41,725 nt of DNA, taken from assembly GCA_964548875.1 (NCBI GenBank), contig CAZJSP010000001.1:1-41725 (forward strand), in the 5' to 3' direction. Under the pieces are notes generated by a model. That model worked only from the letters and a program-made list of their open reading frames with translations, ran no database searches and was not told where the DNA came from. The position numbers and the translations under genes are program-made. The stretch comes from an uncultured Candidatus Saccharibacteria bacterium. Its GTDB lineage: Bacteria; Patescibacteriota; Minisyncoccia; Minisyncoccales; JANBVM01. How positions within the stretch are numbered: position 1 is the stretch's first letter; every line of letters begins with the position of its first letter. Of this stretch, positions 25,644-34,419 are shown in pieces.

Positions 25644-26546
25644 TTATAAAAGTTTAAGTAAACTATTTTTTTCTTGCATTTTATCAAATCTTTTAATAAG
25701 GCTTTTAAAACCTATTTTTTTTAGGAAATCTCTTACTTCCTCAGGCTTATATTCTCCCCACTTCATGTTTTGATAATTGATTTTTAAGGGGACATCCTTT
25801 TTAATTTCAGCTAACTCTCTACTTAAAAAAGCTTTTTCTTTTTCTTCTAAAAGTAATTTTCTAATTCTTTTGTTAATTTTATTTTTTTCACAGGCCTTGT
25901 AAACATTTTCAAGATCATGAAATTCATTCAATAATTTAATGGCTGTTTTTTGACCAATTCCTGATACTCCTGGAATATTATCAGAAGGATCGCCTCTTAA
26001 ACCTCTGTAATCAGCCAATTGACAAGGTAATAATCCTGAATATTTCTTCTGAACTTTTTCTTTATTATACAACAAAGAATTGTTTTTGGTTTTTAAAATA
26101 TAAACTTGAACATTCTTTTCAATTAATTGAAGAATATCTAAATCTCCACTTAAAATAACAACTTCTTTTTTTGGTTTTAGGCTTTGGGAATGACGGCTAA
26201 TTGTTCCAATTAAATCATCAGCTTCAAATCCTTTTTTTTCAAAAATAGGTATTTTTAAAACTCTTAAAAGGTCTTTAATAATTGGTTCTTGTTCATACAA
26301 CTCTTTAGGGGTGGGCGGTCTCTGACTTTTATATTCCTTAAACTTTTTATGACGAAAGGTGGGTTCAGGTAAATCAAAACAGGTAGCTATAAAATCAGGA
26401 TCAAGCTCTTGGACACTTTTTAAAAGAACAGAAAAAAATCCATAAACAGCATTAACTAATTTCCCTTCCTTATTCTTGAAGGGAGGAAGAGCATGAAATG
26501 TTCTATGAATAATTGAACTGCTGTCAATAATAATGAGTTTTTTCAT
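25644..26546 (-). CDS. 5'-3' exonuclease (stand-alone Pol I N-terminal / FEN-like domain)
   Basis: 300 aa with IIDSSSIIHRTFHAL, FEADDLIG, SGDLDILQL and the H3TH motif GDPSDNIPGVSGIGQKTAIKLL. Confidence 0.85.
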   Translation of the reverse strand: MKKLIIIDSSSIIHRTFHALPPFKNKEGKLVNAVYGFFSVLLKSVQELDPDFIATCFDLPEPTFRHKKFKEYKSQRPPTPKELYEQEPIIKDLLRVLKIPIFEKKGFEADDLIGTISRHSQSLKPKKEVVILSGDLDILQLIEKNVQVYILKTKNNSLLYNKEKVQKKYSGLLPCQLADYRGLRGDPSDNIPGVSGIGQKTAIKLLNEFHDLENVYKACEKNKINKRIRKLLLEEKEKAFLSRELAEIKKDVPLKINYQNMKWGEYKPEEVRDFLKKIGFKSLIKRFDKMQEKNSLLKLL

Positions 26547-26983
26547 TGAATTGTAATAATTCTTTCTTGAGAATTATTCATTTTAAAATTAATAACTATT
26601 TTATTTTTTGGTAAAATGCTTTTTATTTTTTTAGGCCATTCAATAGCCACAATGTTAGGTTGGTTATTAATAAAATCATTAAATCCTAGAGATAATAATT
26701 CCTTTGCATCATTAATCCTATAACAATCGATATGATAAAAAAAGCTAAAATCAGAATTAGGAATATTAAATTTTTTAAAAATAATAAAAGTAGGACTTAA
26801 AATTTTCTCTTTAATTCCTAACCCCTTAGCAAGTCCTTGCAAAAAAGTTGTCTTTCCAGCCCCTAATTCTCCCTCCAAAGCTAAAATTTTAGTCTTTTCT
26901 TTGTAGCCTTCTTGGATAATTTTTTCTCCTATTTTTTTACCTAAATTTCTAGTTTCTGACGCACTTTTAGTAATTTTTTTCAT
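26543..26983 (-). CDS. tsaE: tRNA t6A37 biosynthesis protein TsaE
   Basis: 146 aa with the Walker A motif LEGELGAGKTTFLQGL, SPTF and HIDCYR. Confidence 0.85.
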   Translation of the reverse strand: MKKITKSASETRNLGKKIGEKIIQEGYKEKTKILALEGELGAGKTTFLQGLAKGLGIKEKILSPTFIIFKKFNIPNSDFSFFYHIDCYRINDAKELLSLGFNDFINNQPNIVAIEWPKKIKSILPKNKIVINFKMNNSQERIITIQ

Positions 26984-27042
26984 AATTGACTTTTCAATAC
27001 AAATAAGATAGATTAGAATAATTGCTTATATTTTAACTTGTT

Positions 27043-28380
27043 ATGAACACTATTTCAAAACGTATAACTGGAGAGACCCAACTCTCATCGGATCTTTTCC
27101 TAAAAATTCAAGAAAGAATTAAAAATATTCCTACTTTCCGTGAGGAAATTAAAGACTCTTTAGAAAACAGAACAACAGAAACCTTACAAATTATTTTAGG
27201 AGGATCAATTCATTTAGGAACTTCTGATATTCATTTTGAACCCAAGAAAAAAAACTCAATTATTAGAGTTAGATCTGATGGAATGCTCCAAGAATTAGTG
27301 ACTCTTGATTTAAAAACTTATAATAAACTCATTTCTAGAATTAAGCTTCTCTCTAGATTAAAACTCAATATTAAAGATCGTCCTCAAGACGGAAGGTTTT
27401 CTATTGGTGTACCTGAAGACCCTAGCACTAGCATCACGAAACTCTTTACTATAGAAACAAGAGTTTCTGTTTTACCTTCTGAATATGGAGAAACTTTAGT
27501 CTTAAGAATATTAAACCCTCAAAATTTAGTTAGTTTTAATAAGTTAGGATTAAGACCAGACCTTTTAAGATTATTTGAAAAAGAAATGAGTCAGCCAAGC
27601 GGTATGGTTATTGTTACTGGTCCTACTGGTTCTGGTAAAACTACTACTCTTTATGCTTTTTTAAAAAAAATACAAAGTCCAGAGAACAAAATTATTACCA
27701 TTGAAGACCCAATTGAATATCACTTATCAGGAATATCTCAAACTCAAGTTAAGCCCGACAAACAATACACTTTTGCTAACGGTTTAAGATCGGTAATGAG
27801 ACAAGACCCTGATATTATCCTTGTTGGAGAGATTAGAGACTTAGAAACAGCCAGCATTGCCCTTCAGGCTGCATTAACCGGCCATTTAGTATTCAGTACT
27901 CTTCACACTAACGATGCAGCCGGAACAATAGCTCGATTACAAGCTTTAGGAGAAAAACCAGTTAATATTGCCCCAGCCATTAATTTGGCTATTGCTCAAA
28001 GATTAGCTAGAAAAGCCTGTAAATATTGCAAAAAAGAAAAAAAACCTTCTCCTGAAGAATTTAAAAAAATTAAAGAAGCTTTAGAAAATTTACCAAAAGA
28101 AATCAAAAGACCTAAGGTAGATGATAAATTAAAAATAGTTGAAGTGGTAGGATGTAAAGAATGCAACTCAACTGGTTACAAAGGAAGAGCAGGTATTTTT
28201 GAAGCTTTTCCTGTAGACGACGAAATGGAGCAATTTATTTTAACTTCGCCTTCAATAGGGGCATTAAATAAAAAAGCAAAAGAAAAAGGAATGACAACAA
28301 TTTATCAGGATGGAATGATAAAAGTAGCTGAAGGGATTACAACTATTGAAGAAGTGGAAAGAGTCGCAGGTCAAAAATAA
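27043..28380 (+). CDS. pilB: GspE/PilB family secretion ATPase (type IV pilus assembly ATPase-like)
   Basis: 445 aa. It has Walker A (VTGPTGSGKTTTL), an Asp box, Walker B (PDIILVGEIRD), a His box (TGHLVFSTLHTND) and a tetracysteine motif (CKYC...CKEC). No pilC/pilM/pilN neighbours are present in this window. Confidence 0.85.
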   Translation: MNTISKRITGETQLSSDLFLKIQERIKNIPTFREEIKDSLENRTTETLQIILGGSIHLGTSDIHFEPKKKNSIIRVRSDGMLQELVTLDLKTYNKLISRIKLLSRLKLNIKDRPQDGRFSIGVPEDPSTSITKLFTIETRVSVLPSEYGETLVLRILNPQNLVSFNKLGLRPDLLRLFEKEMSQPSGMVIVTGPTGSGKTTTLYAFLKKIQSPENKIITIEDPIEYHLSGISQTQVKPDKQYTFANGLRSVMRQDPDIILVGEIRDLETASIALQAALTGHLVFSTLHTNDAAGTIARLQALGEKPVNIAPAINLAIAQRLARKACKYCKKEKKPSPEEFKKIKEALENLPKEIKRPKVDDKLKIVEVVGCKECNSTGYKGRAGIFEAFPVDDEMEQFILTSPSIGALNKKAKEKGMTTIYQDGMIKVAEGITTIEEVERVAGQK

Positions 28381-28403
28381 AAAGCCCCTAGGTCGGGGGT
28401 TTT
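28376..28403. terminator. Bidirectional hairpin terminator at the pilB stop
   Basis: AAAAAGCCCC-TAGGTC(G)-GGGGGTTTT has A- and T-tracts on both sides. On the minus strand the stem is followed by CUUUUUAUUUUU. Confidence 0.5.
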
Positions 28404-28510
28404 AATACTCATATATTAGTCACATAAGTTTAGATTCTTTCCGAGGAGTAATTTCGCCTAAGCCAAACTATCCAACTAAGAAAAATTCCAACAACCCCCA
28501 ACCTAGAAGC
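28384..28510 (-). ncRNA. Candidate rod-like structured RNA element (class unknown)
   Basis: A GC-rich long-range stem pairs 28388..28401 (CTAGGTCGGGGGTT) with 28493..28506 (AACCCCCAACCTAG). That gives 13 Watson-Crick pairs plus one position that is C.A on the plus strand and G.U on the minus strand. The stem encloses about 91 nt. It stands out in otherwise AT-rich DNA. Confidence 0.3.
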
Positions 28511-28550
28511 TTTTACTATATTTCTATTATAATATAATCAAATAAAATGT

Positions 28551-28576
28551 CAAGGGTAAAAATCCCTTGTTTTTTA
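28551..28576 (+). terminator. Terminator-like hairpin
   Basis: CAAGGG-TAAAAAT-CCCTTG followed by TTTTTTATT. It lies in a non-coding spacer, so its function is unclear. Confidence 0.4.
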
Positions 28577-28745
28577 TTAAACAAAAAGGAGACAGTAATA
28601 ATCTATTTATTACCGTCCAATAAAATAAAATTGTTTTTTTTCAATTCTTTAAAAATCTTTTTAAATACCCTCATGGGTATTTTTGGGCAACTCAAACAGA
28701 GTACCCTTCTTTCTTCTCTTTTGTTAATCATATAAACCAATTGCC

Positions 28746-28774
28746 ATTGTAAAACATAATAAAAAAACAGTCAA
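28746..28774 (-). promoter_or_regulatory. Candidate minus-strand promoter firing into the pilB-LTD spacer
   Basis: On the minus strand: TTGACT (28774..28769), a 17-nt spacer, then TACAAT (28751..28746). It is divergent from the LTD-gene promoter. Confidence 0.45.
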
Positions 28775-28787
28775 AAATTAATATTTT

Positions 28788-28796
28788 TGCTATAAT
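28788..28796 (+). promoter_or_regulatory. Extended -10 promoter element of the LTD gene
   Basis: TGcTATAAT at 28788..28796, with the ATG at 28802 only 5 nt downstream. Confidence 0.45.
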
Positions 28797-28801
28797 AAAT
28801 T

Positions 28802-29959
28802 ATGTCTTTAATACTAGTTATTCTATTATTTTTTATATTATCTCCCCCTCTCCAAGCGGCAGAACCTCTAGACGTAGTTATCAGTGAAATAGCTTGGATG
28901 GGAACAAAAGCTAGTAGTAATGATGAATGGATAGAGCTTTACAACAACACAAACTATAATATTGATTTAAATGGTTGGGGAATATATGAGGAAGAAACAT
29001 TAATTGTTGCCCTAACTAATATTATAGAACCTCATTCTTACTATTTAGTTGAAAGAACCGATAACACAACAGTTAAAAATATAGAGGCAAGTCAAGAACC
29101 TGTTGGTTGGGGAGGTTATGGCTTAAATAATAAGGGGGAGAATTTAAAATTATTAAATCAAGAATTAAAAATAATAGATGAAATAGATTGTACTTCTGGA
29201 TGGTTTGCAGGAATAAAAGAATCTTACAAAACCATGGAAAGAATTATTTTGCAAGGATTAGGTTCAGATCCAAACAATTGGCATTCTAATACCTTATCAA
29301 ATCAAGCCTTAGATTCAGATAATAATTTTATTCAGGGCACGCCTAAATCAGTAAACAGTTCAGTAGAAATCCAAATTCAAGAGCAAATTATTTATTCTTC
29401 TAATATCTCCATTAATGAGCTACTACCCTATTCTCAAGAATCTGATAGTGAAAATGAATGGATTGAATTAAAGAATAATTCAAATGAAGATGTTGTTCTG
29501 TCTAATTGGAAAATAAGAGATATAGAGGGAAGAACTAAAACCTATAACTTTCCAGAAGAAACTATTATTTTAGCCAATGATTTTTTAATTTTAAATAGGC
29601 CAGAAACAAAAATTACCCTCAATAATGACAAAGACGGACTAGAATTAATAAATCCTAATGATGAAGTTGTTAGCTCAGTTTCCTATACTAACGCTTTAAA
29701 AGAAGAATCTTATGCTTTTTGGGAAAAAGAATGGCATTGGACTCGAAAATTAACCCCAGGAGAAGAAAATATTGTTTTTCAAAATCCAGTCCAGAACGAT
29801 AAAAACCAAGTCATTAGTATAAATCATAAAGAATTTGGCCCTAAAAAAGACAATTTCTTTGTAGTGTTGATTAAGGGATGTCTAACTGCTACTTTATTTT
29901 CTTTAATAGCAATAAGATTAAAAAAAACAAAAATAAATTTGATTTTCAAAAAAAAATAA
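28802..29959 (+). CDS. Secreted/membrane-anchored protein with two lamin-tail domains (LTD)
   Basis: 385 aa. It has a signal peptide (LILVILLFFILSPPLQA), two LTD repeats (VISEIAWMGT..SNDEWIELYNNTNYNIDLNGW and ISINELLPYS...NEWIELKNNSNEDVVLSNWKI) and a C-terminal TM anchor (CLTATLFSLIAIRLKK). Confidence 0.8.
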   Translation: MSLILVILLFFILSPPLQAAEPLDVVISEIAWMGTKASSNDEWIELYNNTNYNIDLNGWGIYEEETLIVALTNIIEPHSYYLVERTDNTTVKNIEASQEPVGWGGYGLNNKGENLKLLNQELKIIDEIDCTSGWFAGIKESYKTMERIILQGLGSDPNNWHSNTLSNQALDSDNNFIQGTPKSVNSSVEIQIQEQIIYSSNISINELLPYSQESDSENEWIELKNNSNEDVVLSNWKIRDIEGRTKTYNFPEETIILANDFLILNRPETKITLNNDKDGLELINPNDEVVSSVSYTNALKEESYAFWEKEWHWTRKLTPGEENIVFQNPVQNDKNQVISINHKEFGPKKDNFFVVLIKGCLTATLFSLIAIRLKKTKINLIFKKK

Positions 29960-29998
29960 GTTAATCTGAAAAATATATCATAAATTTTTAATAGAAAA

Positions 29999-30733
29999 AT
30001 GTCAGGACACTCGCATGCAAAAAATGTAAAAAGTACTAAGGAGGCCAGTGCAAAGAAAAGAAGCAAGAATTTTTCAAAAGTTAACAGATTAATTCTTGTA
30101 GCCGTTAGAGAAGGAGGGCCTAATCCAGATGTTAACGCTCAATTAAGAGCAGCTATCGACAAGGCACGTGATTACAATATGCCTAACGATAATATTGAAA
30201 GAGCTATTAAGAGAGCATCTGGAGACTTAAATAAGGATAAACTAGAAGGATTTATTTTTGAAGCTTACGGACCAAGTAAGGTGGCTATTATGATTGAAGG
30301 AATTACCGATAATAGAAATAGGTCATTAGGGGAAATTAAAAAAATTCTTAGTAAATATAATGGAAAACTAGTCCAAAAAGGATCAATTAACTGGATGTTT
30401 GAAAGAAAGGGTTGCTTAATTATTAATTTAGAAAAACAAGACGATAAATTTAAGGAAAAAGAAGCTTTAGAGCTATTATCTATTGAAGCAGGAGCGGAAG
30501 ATTTAAATTGGCAAGAAGGATATCTTGATGTTTATACCGACCCTCAAGAAACAAAACAAGTGAGAGACAATCTAGAAAAAGAGGGGGTTAAAGTTAAATC
30601 TAGTAGCTTAGAATGGAAACCAAAAAACTTAGTTCAAGTCAGCGAAAAAGAAAAAAGTTCTTGTCTTAAATTATTCGACGAATTAGATGATAATGATGAC
30701 GTTCAAGAAATTTATTCTAATTTAGACGAATGA
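29999..30733 (+). CDS. yebC: YebC/PmpR family DNA-binding transcriptional regulator
   Basis: 244 aa with MSGHSHAKNVKSTKEASAKKRSKNFSKV, which is typical of the YebC/TACO1 family. Confidence 0.9.
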   Translation: MSGHSHAKNVKSTKEASAKKRSKNFSKVNRLILVAVREGGPNPDVNAQLRAAIDKARDYNMPNDNIERAIKRASGDLNKDKLEGFIFEAYGPSKVAIMIEGITDNRNRSLGEIKKILSKYNGKLVQKGSINWMFERKGCLIINLEKQDDKFKEKEALELLSIEAGAEDLNWQEGYLDVYTDPQETKQVRDNLEKEGVKVKSSSLEWKPKNLVQVSEKEKSSCLKLFDELDDNDDVQEIYSNLDE

Positions 30734-31203
30734 TTATTCTAGGAATAGATCCAGGAACAGCCAATACTGGTTACGGAATAGTTAGCTGTAAAAGATCTAT
30801 AAAATATCTTCACCATGGGGTAATTCAAACTAGCCCGGAAGATAGTCCAGGAGAACGTCTCAGACAAATTAATAATAGTATAAGAAAGGTTATAAGAGAT
30901 TATAGGCCAGACATCTTAGCAATAGAAAGAGTTTATTTTTTTGTTAATTCAAAAACAGCAATGCCCGTCTCTCAGGCTAAAGGAGCAATTCTTTTGGCAG
31001 CCGCTAAAAAAAGAATACCAGCTCAAGAATTTAGCCCTGTTACAATTAAGTCTATTATTACGGGGAATGGAAGAGCAAAGAAAAAAGAGGTTCAAAAATC
31101 TGTTCAAAAAATATTAAAACTTAAAAAAATACCAAAACCAAATCACGCTGCTGATGCTCTAGCTGTTGCGATTACTTGCCAAGTAAAAATGCAAGAATCA
31201 TAA
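30730..31203 (+). CDS. ruvC: Crossover junction endodeoxyribonuclease RuvC
   Basis: 157 aa with IILGIDPGTANTGYGIV, LAIERVYF and NHAADALAVAI. An ATGA start/stop overlap links it to yebC. Confidence 0.9.
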   Translation: MIILGIDPGTANTGYGIVSCKRSIKYLHHGVIQTSPEDSPGERLRQINNSIRKVIRDYRPDILAIERVYFFVNSKTAMPVSQAKGAILLAAAKKRIPAQEFSPVTIKSIITGNGRAKKKEVQKSVQKILKLKKIPKPNHAADALAVAITCQVKMQES

Positions 31204-31215
31204 TCGTTAAAAAAA

Positions 31216-33126
31216 ATGGGAAAGAAAAAGAAGAACAAGATTAAAATTTTTTTAAAAATTATTCTTTCTGTAATTTCAGTAGGAATAATTATTTTTTTAT
31301 TTCTATTCCTTTATTACGCAAAAGATTTCCCTCGACCTGAAGTATTTATAGAAAGACAATTAATCCAATCAACTAAAATTTATGACCGAACAGGAGATAT
31401 TCTTTTGTATGAAATTTATGGAGAAGAAAAAAGATCCTGGGTTCCACTAGAAGATATGCCCGATCATCTCCAAAAAGCAGTTATCGCGACAGAAGATGCT
31501 CACTTTTATAATCATATCGGAGTAGATTTAAGAGGAATTATTAGGTCTGTTTTAATTAATTTAGAAATAGGAAAACTTTCAGTGGGAGGATCAACCATTC
31601 CCCAACAGTTAATCCGATCAACTTTTCTTTCTCCAGAAAAAACAATTGAAAGAAAATTTAGAGAAATTATTTTATCAATAGAATTAAATAGAAGATATTC
31701 TAAAGATAAAATACTAGAGTGGTATTTAAATCAAGTCCCCTTCGGACAAAATGCTTACGGAGTAGAAGCAGCTAGTCAAACATATTTTAAAAAAAATATT
31801 TCGGAGATTACAATTCCAGAAGCTGCTGTTTTAGCTAGTTTAATTCAGGCTCCTTATCGGTATTCTCCTTACGGAGAAAACATAGATCTTCTTTTAACAA
31901 GAAAAGATTTTGTTTTAGAAAAAATGTATCAAGAAGGCATTATTACAGAAGAAGTCTTAGAAGAAAGCAAAAATGAGGAAATTATTTTTGAAAAACAAAC
32001 TGAAAACTTTAAGGCTCCCTATTTTACTCTTTGGGTTAAACAACAATTAGAAGAAAGGTATAGTCAAGAATTTTTAATGAAAAAAGGATTAAAAATTTAT
32101 ACTTCTTTAGATTGGGAAATTCAAAAAATAGCTGAGGAAGAAACCAAAAAGGGAGTTTTAAACAATCATTCTTTTAATGCTTATAACGCTGGAATAGTTG
32201 CAATTAATCCCCAAACAGGCGAAGTTTTAGCTATGTCAGTAGGAACAGGAAACTATTACGACAAACCTCTTCCAACAGGATGTAACCCTGGAGTAGATTG
32301 TGCTTTTGATCCGCAAATAAATATTGTTTTAGGAACAAAAAACAATCCAGGTAGACAGCCTGGATCAGCCTTTAAATCTTTTATTTATGCGACAGCTTTT
32401 AACCAAGGATTTAACGATGAAGATACTGTTATCGATGAAGAAACAAATTTTGGAGTTTGGGGGGGAGAGGAATACATTCCTCAAAACTATGATGAAAAAT
32501 TTAGGGGAGAAGTAACATTAAGAGAAGCATTAGCTCAATCTCTTAATATTCCATCTATCAAAGTTTTAATTGATTTAGCTGGTCTTGAAGAAAGTGTTAA
32601 GCTAGCTGAAGATCTTGGTATTACCACTCTTAGACCTCCTTATGGACCTTCTATCGTTCTAGGAGGTTGGGAAACAAAATTAATAGAAATGACTTCCGCA
32701 TATGGGGTTTTTGCAACTAACGGATTAAAAATTTCCCCTGTTTCTATTTTAAAAATAGAGGATTTAGATGGAAATATAATTGAAGAAAATAAAAGAACTC
32801 CAAAAAGAATTATACCTCAAAACACAGCATCACTAATCAATAGTATCCTCTCCGACAATGAGGCTAGAGCGCCCATGTTTGGCGAATATTCAATGCTCTA
32901 TATCCCTACCTATCAAGTCGCAGCAAAAACAGGGACAACTCAGAATTATAGGGATGCCTGGACTATTGGATATACTCCTTCTATAGTAACGGGAGTTTGG
33001 GTTGGGAACAACAATGATGAATCAATGGAAGAAAAGCCCAGCGTTGTCTTAGCTGGACCTATTTTTAATAACTTTATGAGAAAAGTTTTGCCACTCTTAC
33101 CCCAAGAAAATTTTAGTTCGCCTTAA
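31216..33126 (+). CDS. Class A penicillin-binding protein (PBP1A family; glycosyltransferase plus transpeptidase)
   Basis: 636 aa. It has an N-terminal TM helix, GT51 motifs (ATEDAHFYNHIGVD, GGSTIPQQL, REIILSIELNRRYSKDKILEWYLN), a transpeptidase SxxK (GSAFKSF) and KTGT (AKTGTT). Confidence 0.85.
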   Translation: MGKKKKNKIKIFLKIILSVISVGIIIFLFLFLYYAKDFPRPEVFIERQLIQSTKIYDRTGDILLYEIYGEEKRSWVPLEDMPDHLQKAVIATEDAHFYNHIGVDLRGIIRSVLINLEIGKLSVGGSTIPQQLIRSTFLSPEKTIERKFREIILSIELNRRYSKDKILEWYLNQVPFGQNAYGVEAASQTYFKKNISEITIPEAAVLASLIQAPYRYSPYGENIDLLLTRKDFVLEKMYQEGIITEEVLEESKNEEIIFEKQTENFKAPYFTLWVKQQLEERYSQEFLMKKGLKIYTSLDWEIQKIAEEETKKGVLNNHSFNAYNAGIVAINPQTGEVLAMSVGTGNYYDKPLPTGCNPGVDCAFDPQINIVLGTKNNPGRQPGSAFKSFIYATAFNQGFNDEDTVIDEETNFGVWGGEEYIPQNYDEKFRGEVTLREALAQSLNIPSIKVLIDLAGLEESVKLAEDLGITTLRPPYGPSIVLGGWETKLIEMTSAYGVFATNGLKISPVSILKIEDLDGNIIEENKRTPKRIIPQNTASLINSILSDNEARAPMFGEYSMLYIPTYQVAAKTGTTQNYRDAWTIGYTPSIVTGVWVGNNNDESMEEKPSVVLAGPIFNNFMRKVLPLLPQENFSSP

Positions 33127-34243
33127 TAGGCATAATAATATAAAGGTATTCATCCTTACTATTAACTGAACTAAGAGTTGCTGGACCCTCCTTAGAGGTC
33201 AATTTAAACTGAACCTTATCTCCTTGAATTTCAGATATTCCATCAATTAAAAACCGATAATTAAAATTGATTTTAATATTATTTCCTTTAATTACTCCCT
33301 TTAAAGAACTCTTATACTCCCCCAAATCAGAATGTTGACTAGAAATCTCAATATTCTTTTCTTTTTGGTTTATTTTAATTTTAACCTCATTAATCTTGCC
33401 ACTAAAAAGACTAGCTGATTTAACTTGATTTAAAAATTCCTCTTTGTTTACTTGAATAGTAGTCTTGTATTTATCAGGAATAATTTCTTCGTAATTAGGA
33501 TACCTCCCCTCAATTAATCTAGAAATAAATTTTATTTCTGATTGAGAAGTTTTATCAATTAGATGTTGGAATAAAATTAAATTAGGAGAAATTTTAATTT
33601 TCAAATCTCCTTTTTTATCAGTTAAAACTCCTAATAATTCTTTAGCCGCCATCTGAGGTAAAATTAAAGAATATTCTTTTTTTAAATTGGACTGAATATT
33701 GATCTTCTTTTCTGCTAATCTAAAACTATCAGTAGCTACCATTTTAATTTCTTTTCTCTTAAAAACAAAATAAATTCCTGTAATTTCAGGTTTAGTACTA
33801 GAAGAGGTGGGAATACTGATAACTTGATTTAAAGCTTCACAGAATTTTTTAGAATTAATTTTGATTTCTTCTTTTGATTCAACTTCAGGGGTAACAGGAA
33901 AATCCTCAGGATCTAATCCTTTAATTTTAGTTTTATAATTTCCACATTCTATTTTTAAACTATTATTTTTACTAGATTCTATGGTAATTGTTTTATCTGG
34001 TAAAGAACTAATAAAGCCAGATAATATTTTAGTTGGAATACAAATAGAGCCTTCTTTTTTGACTTGAGCCAAGCTTTGCCAATTAATGCTTGATTCTAAA
34101 TTAGTAGTAGAAAGTTTTAAAATATTCTTTTCTGTTTTTAATAAAATATTTTGTAAAATTGGTAACTTAAGAGACTTTTGAGAAATCTTTTCAACAGTTT
34201 TTAACCCCTCTTTTAATTTCTCTTTTAATATAATTAATTTCAT
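33113..34243 (-). CDS. dnaN: DNA polymerase III beta sliding clamp
   Basis: 376 aa with a three-domain clamp layout. It lies immediately downstream of dnaA. Confidence 0.9.
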   Translation of the reverse strand: MKLIILKEKLKEGLKTVEKISQKSLKLPILQNILLKTEKNILKLSTTNLESSINWQSLAQVKKEGSICIPTKILSGFISSLPDKTITIESSKNNSLKIECGNYKTKIKGLDPEDFPVTPEVESKEEIKINSKKFCEALNQVISIPTSSSTKPEITGIYFVFKRKEIKMVATDSFRLAEKKINIQSNLKKEYSLILPQMAAKELLGVLTDKKGDLKIKISPNLILFQHLIDKTSQSEIKFISRLIEGRYPNYEEIIPDKYKTTIQVNKEEFLNQVKSASLFSGKINEVKIKINQKEKNIEISSQHSDLGEYKSSLKGVIKGNNIKINFNYRFLIDGISEIQGDKVQFKLTSKEGPATLSSVNSKDEYLYIIMPIKAN

Positions 34244-34419
34244 TGTTATTGTTATTGGTCTTAATTTTTTTAAATGTATTTTATCTTATTTAAACTGGGC
34301 ATTACTTGTTAGTTTGTTATGGATAAGATGATGAAAAAAGTGTTAATTAGTAGCTTTTTTATTTTGCTGATTTTTTATTCACTATTTATTAATACTTTTT
34401 CCACTATGTTTTCCACTGA
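34244..34419. promoter_or_regulatory. Candidate oriC / DnaA-box cluster in the dnaA-dnaN spacer
   Basis: There are four DnaA-box-like 9-mers: TATGGATAA (34318..34326, the reverse complement of TTATCCATA), TTATTCACT (34375..34383), TTTTCCACT (34397..34405) and TTTTCCACT (34409..34417). An AT-only tract at about 34262..34300 could act as an unwinding element. Confidence 0.4.

Noticed and set aside
25643-25687. The upstream ATG at 25687, which would extend Fpg/MutM by 15 residues (MIKCKKKIVYLNFYK-).
   Set aside because: Fpg catalysis requires the N-terminal proline exposed after Met removal, and MPELPEVE begins at the ATG at 25642. The longer form would bury Pro2 and overlap the upstream exonuclease gene by 44 nt.
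28384-28510. The possibility that the rod-like GC-rich element is SRP (4.5S) RNA, RNase P RNA, 6S RNA or a tRNA.
   Set aside because: I could not find the following on either strand:
- The SRP domain IV signature (GGAA tetraloop flanked by AGCA-type loops).
- The RNase P CR-I/CR-V motifs (GAGGAAAGUCC, ACAGAAxxCGGCUUA).
- A tRNA cloverleaf with a T-loop.

Only a loose CGGAAAGAAUC string is present. The element is left as unclassified.
28547-28735. A 62-aa plus-strand ORF in the pilB-LTD spacer (MSRVKIPCFLLNKKETVIIYLL...).
   Set aside because: The sequence is low-complexity and Leu/Ile/Phe/Lys-rich, as expected from AT-rich non-coding DNA. It is threaded through three hairpin/terminator-like structures, has no SD or promoter geometry, and resembles no family I know.
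30731-30733. Alternative genetic code (UGA recoded as Gly or Trp, as in some CPR lineages and Mollicutes).
   Set aside because: TGA terminates well-conserved proteins at their expected lengths: yebC ends ...YSNLDE-TGA at 30731..30733, and rnpA ends at a TGA overlapping the yidC start. All long ORFs are intact under the standard code.
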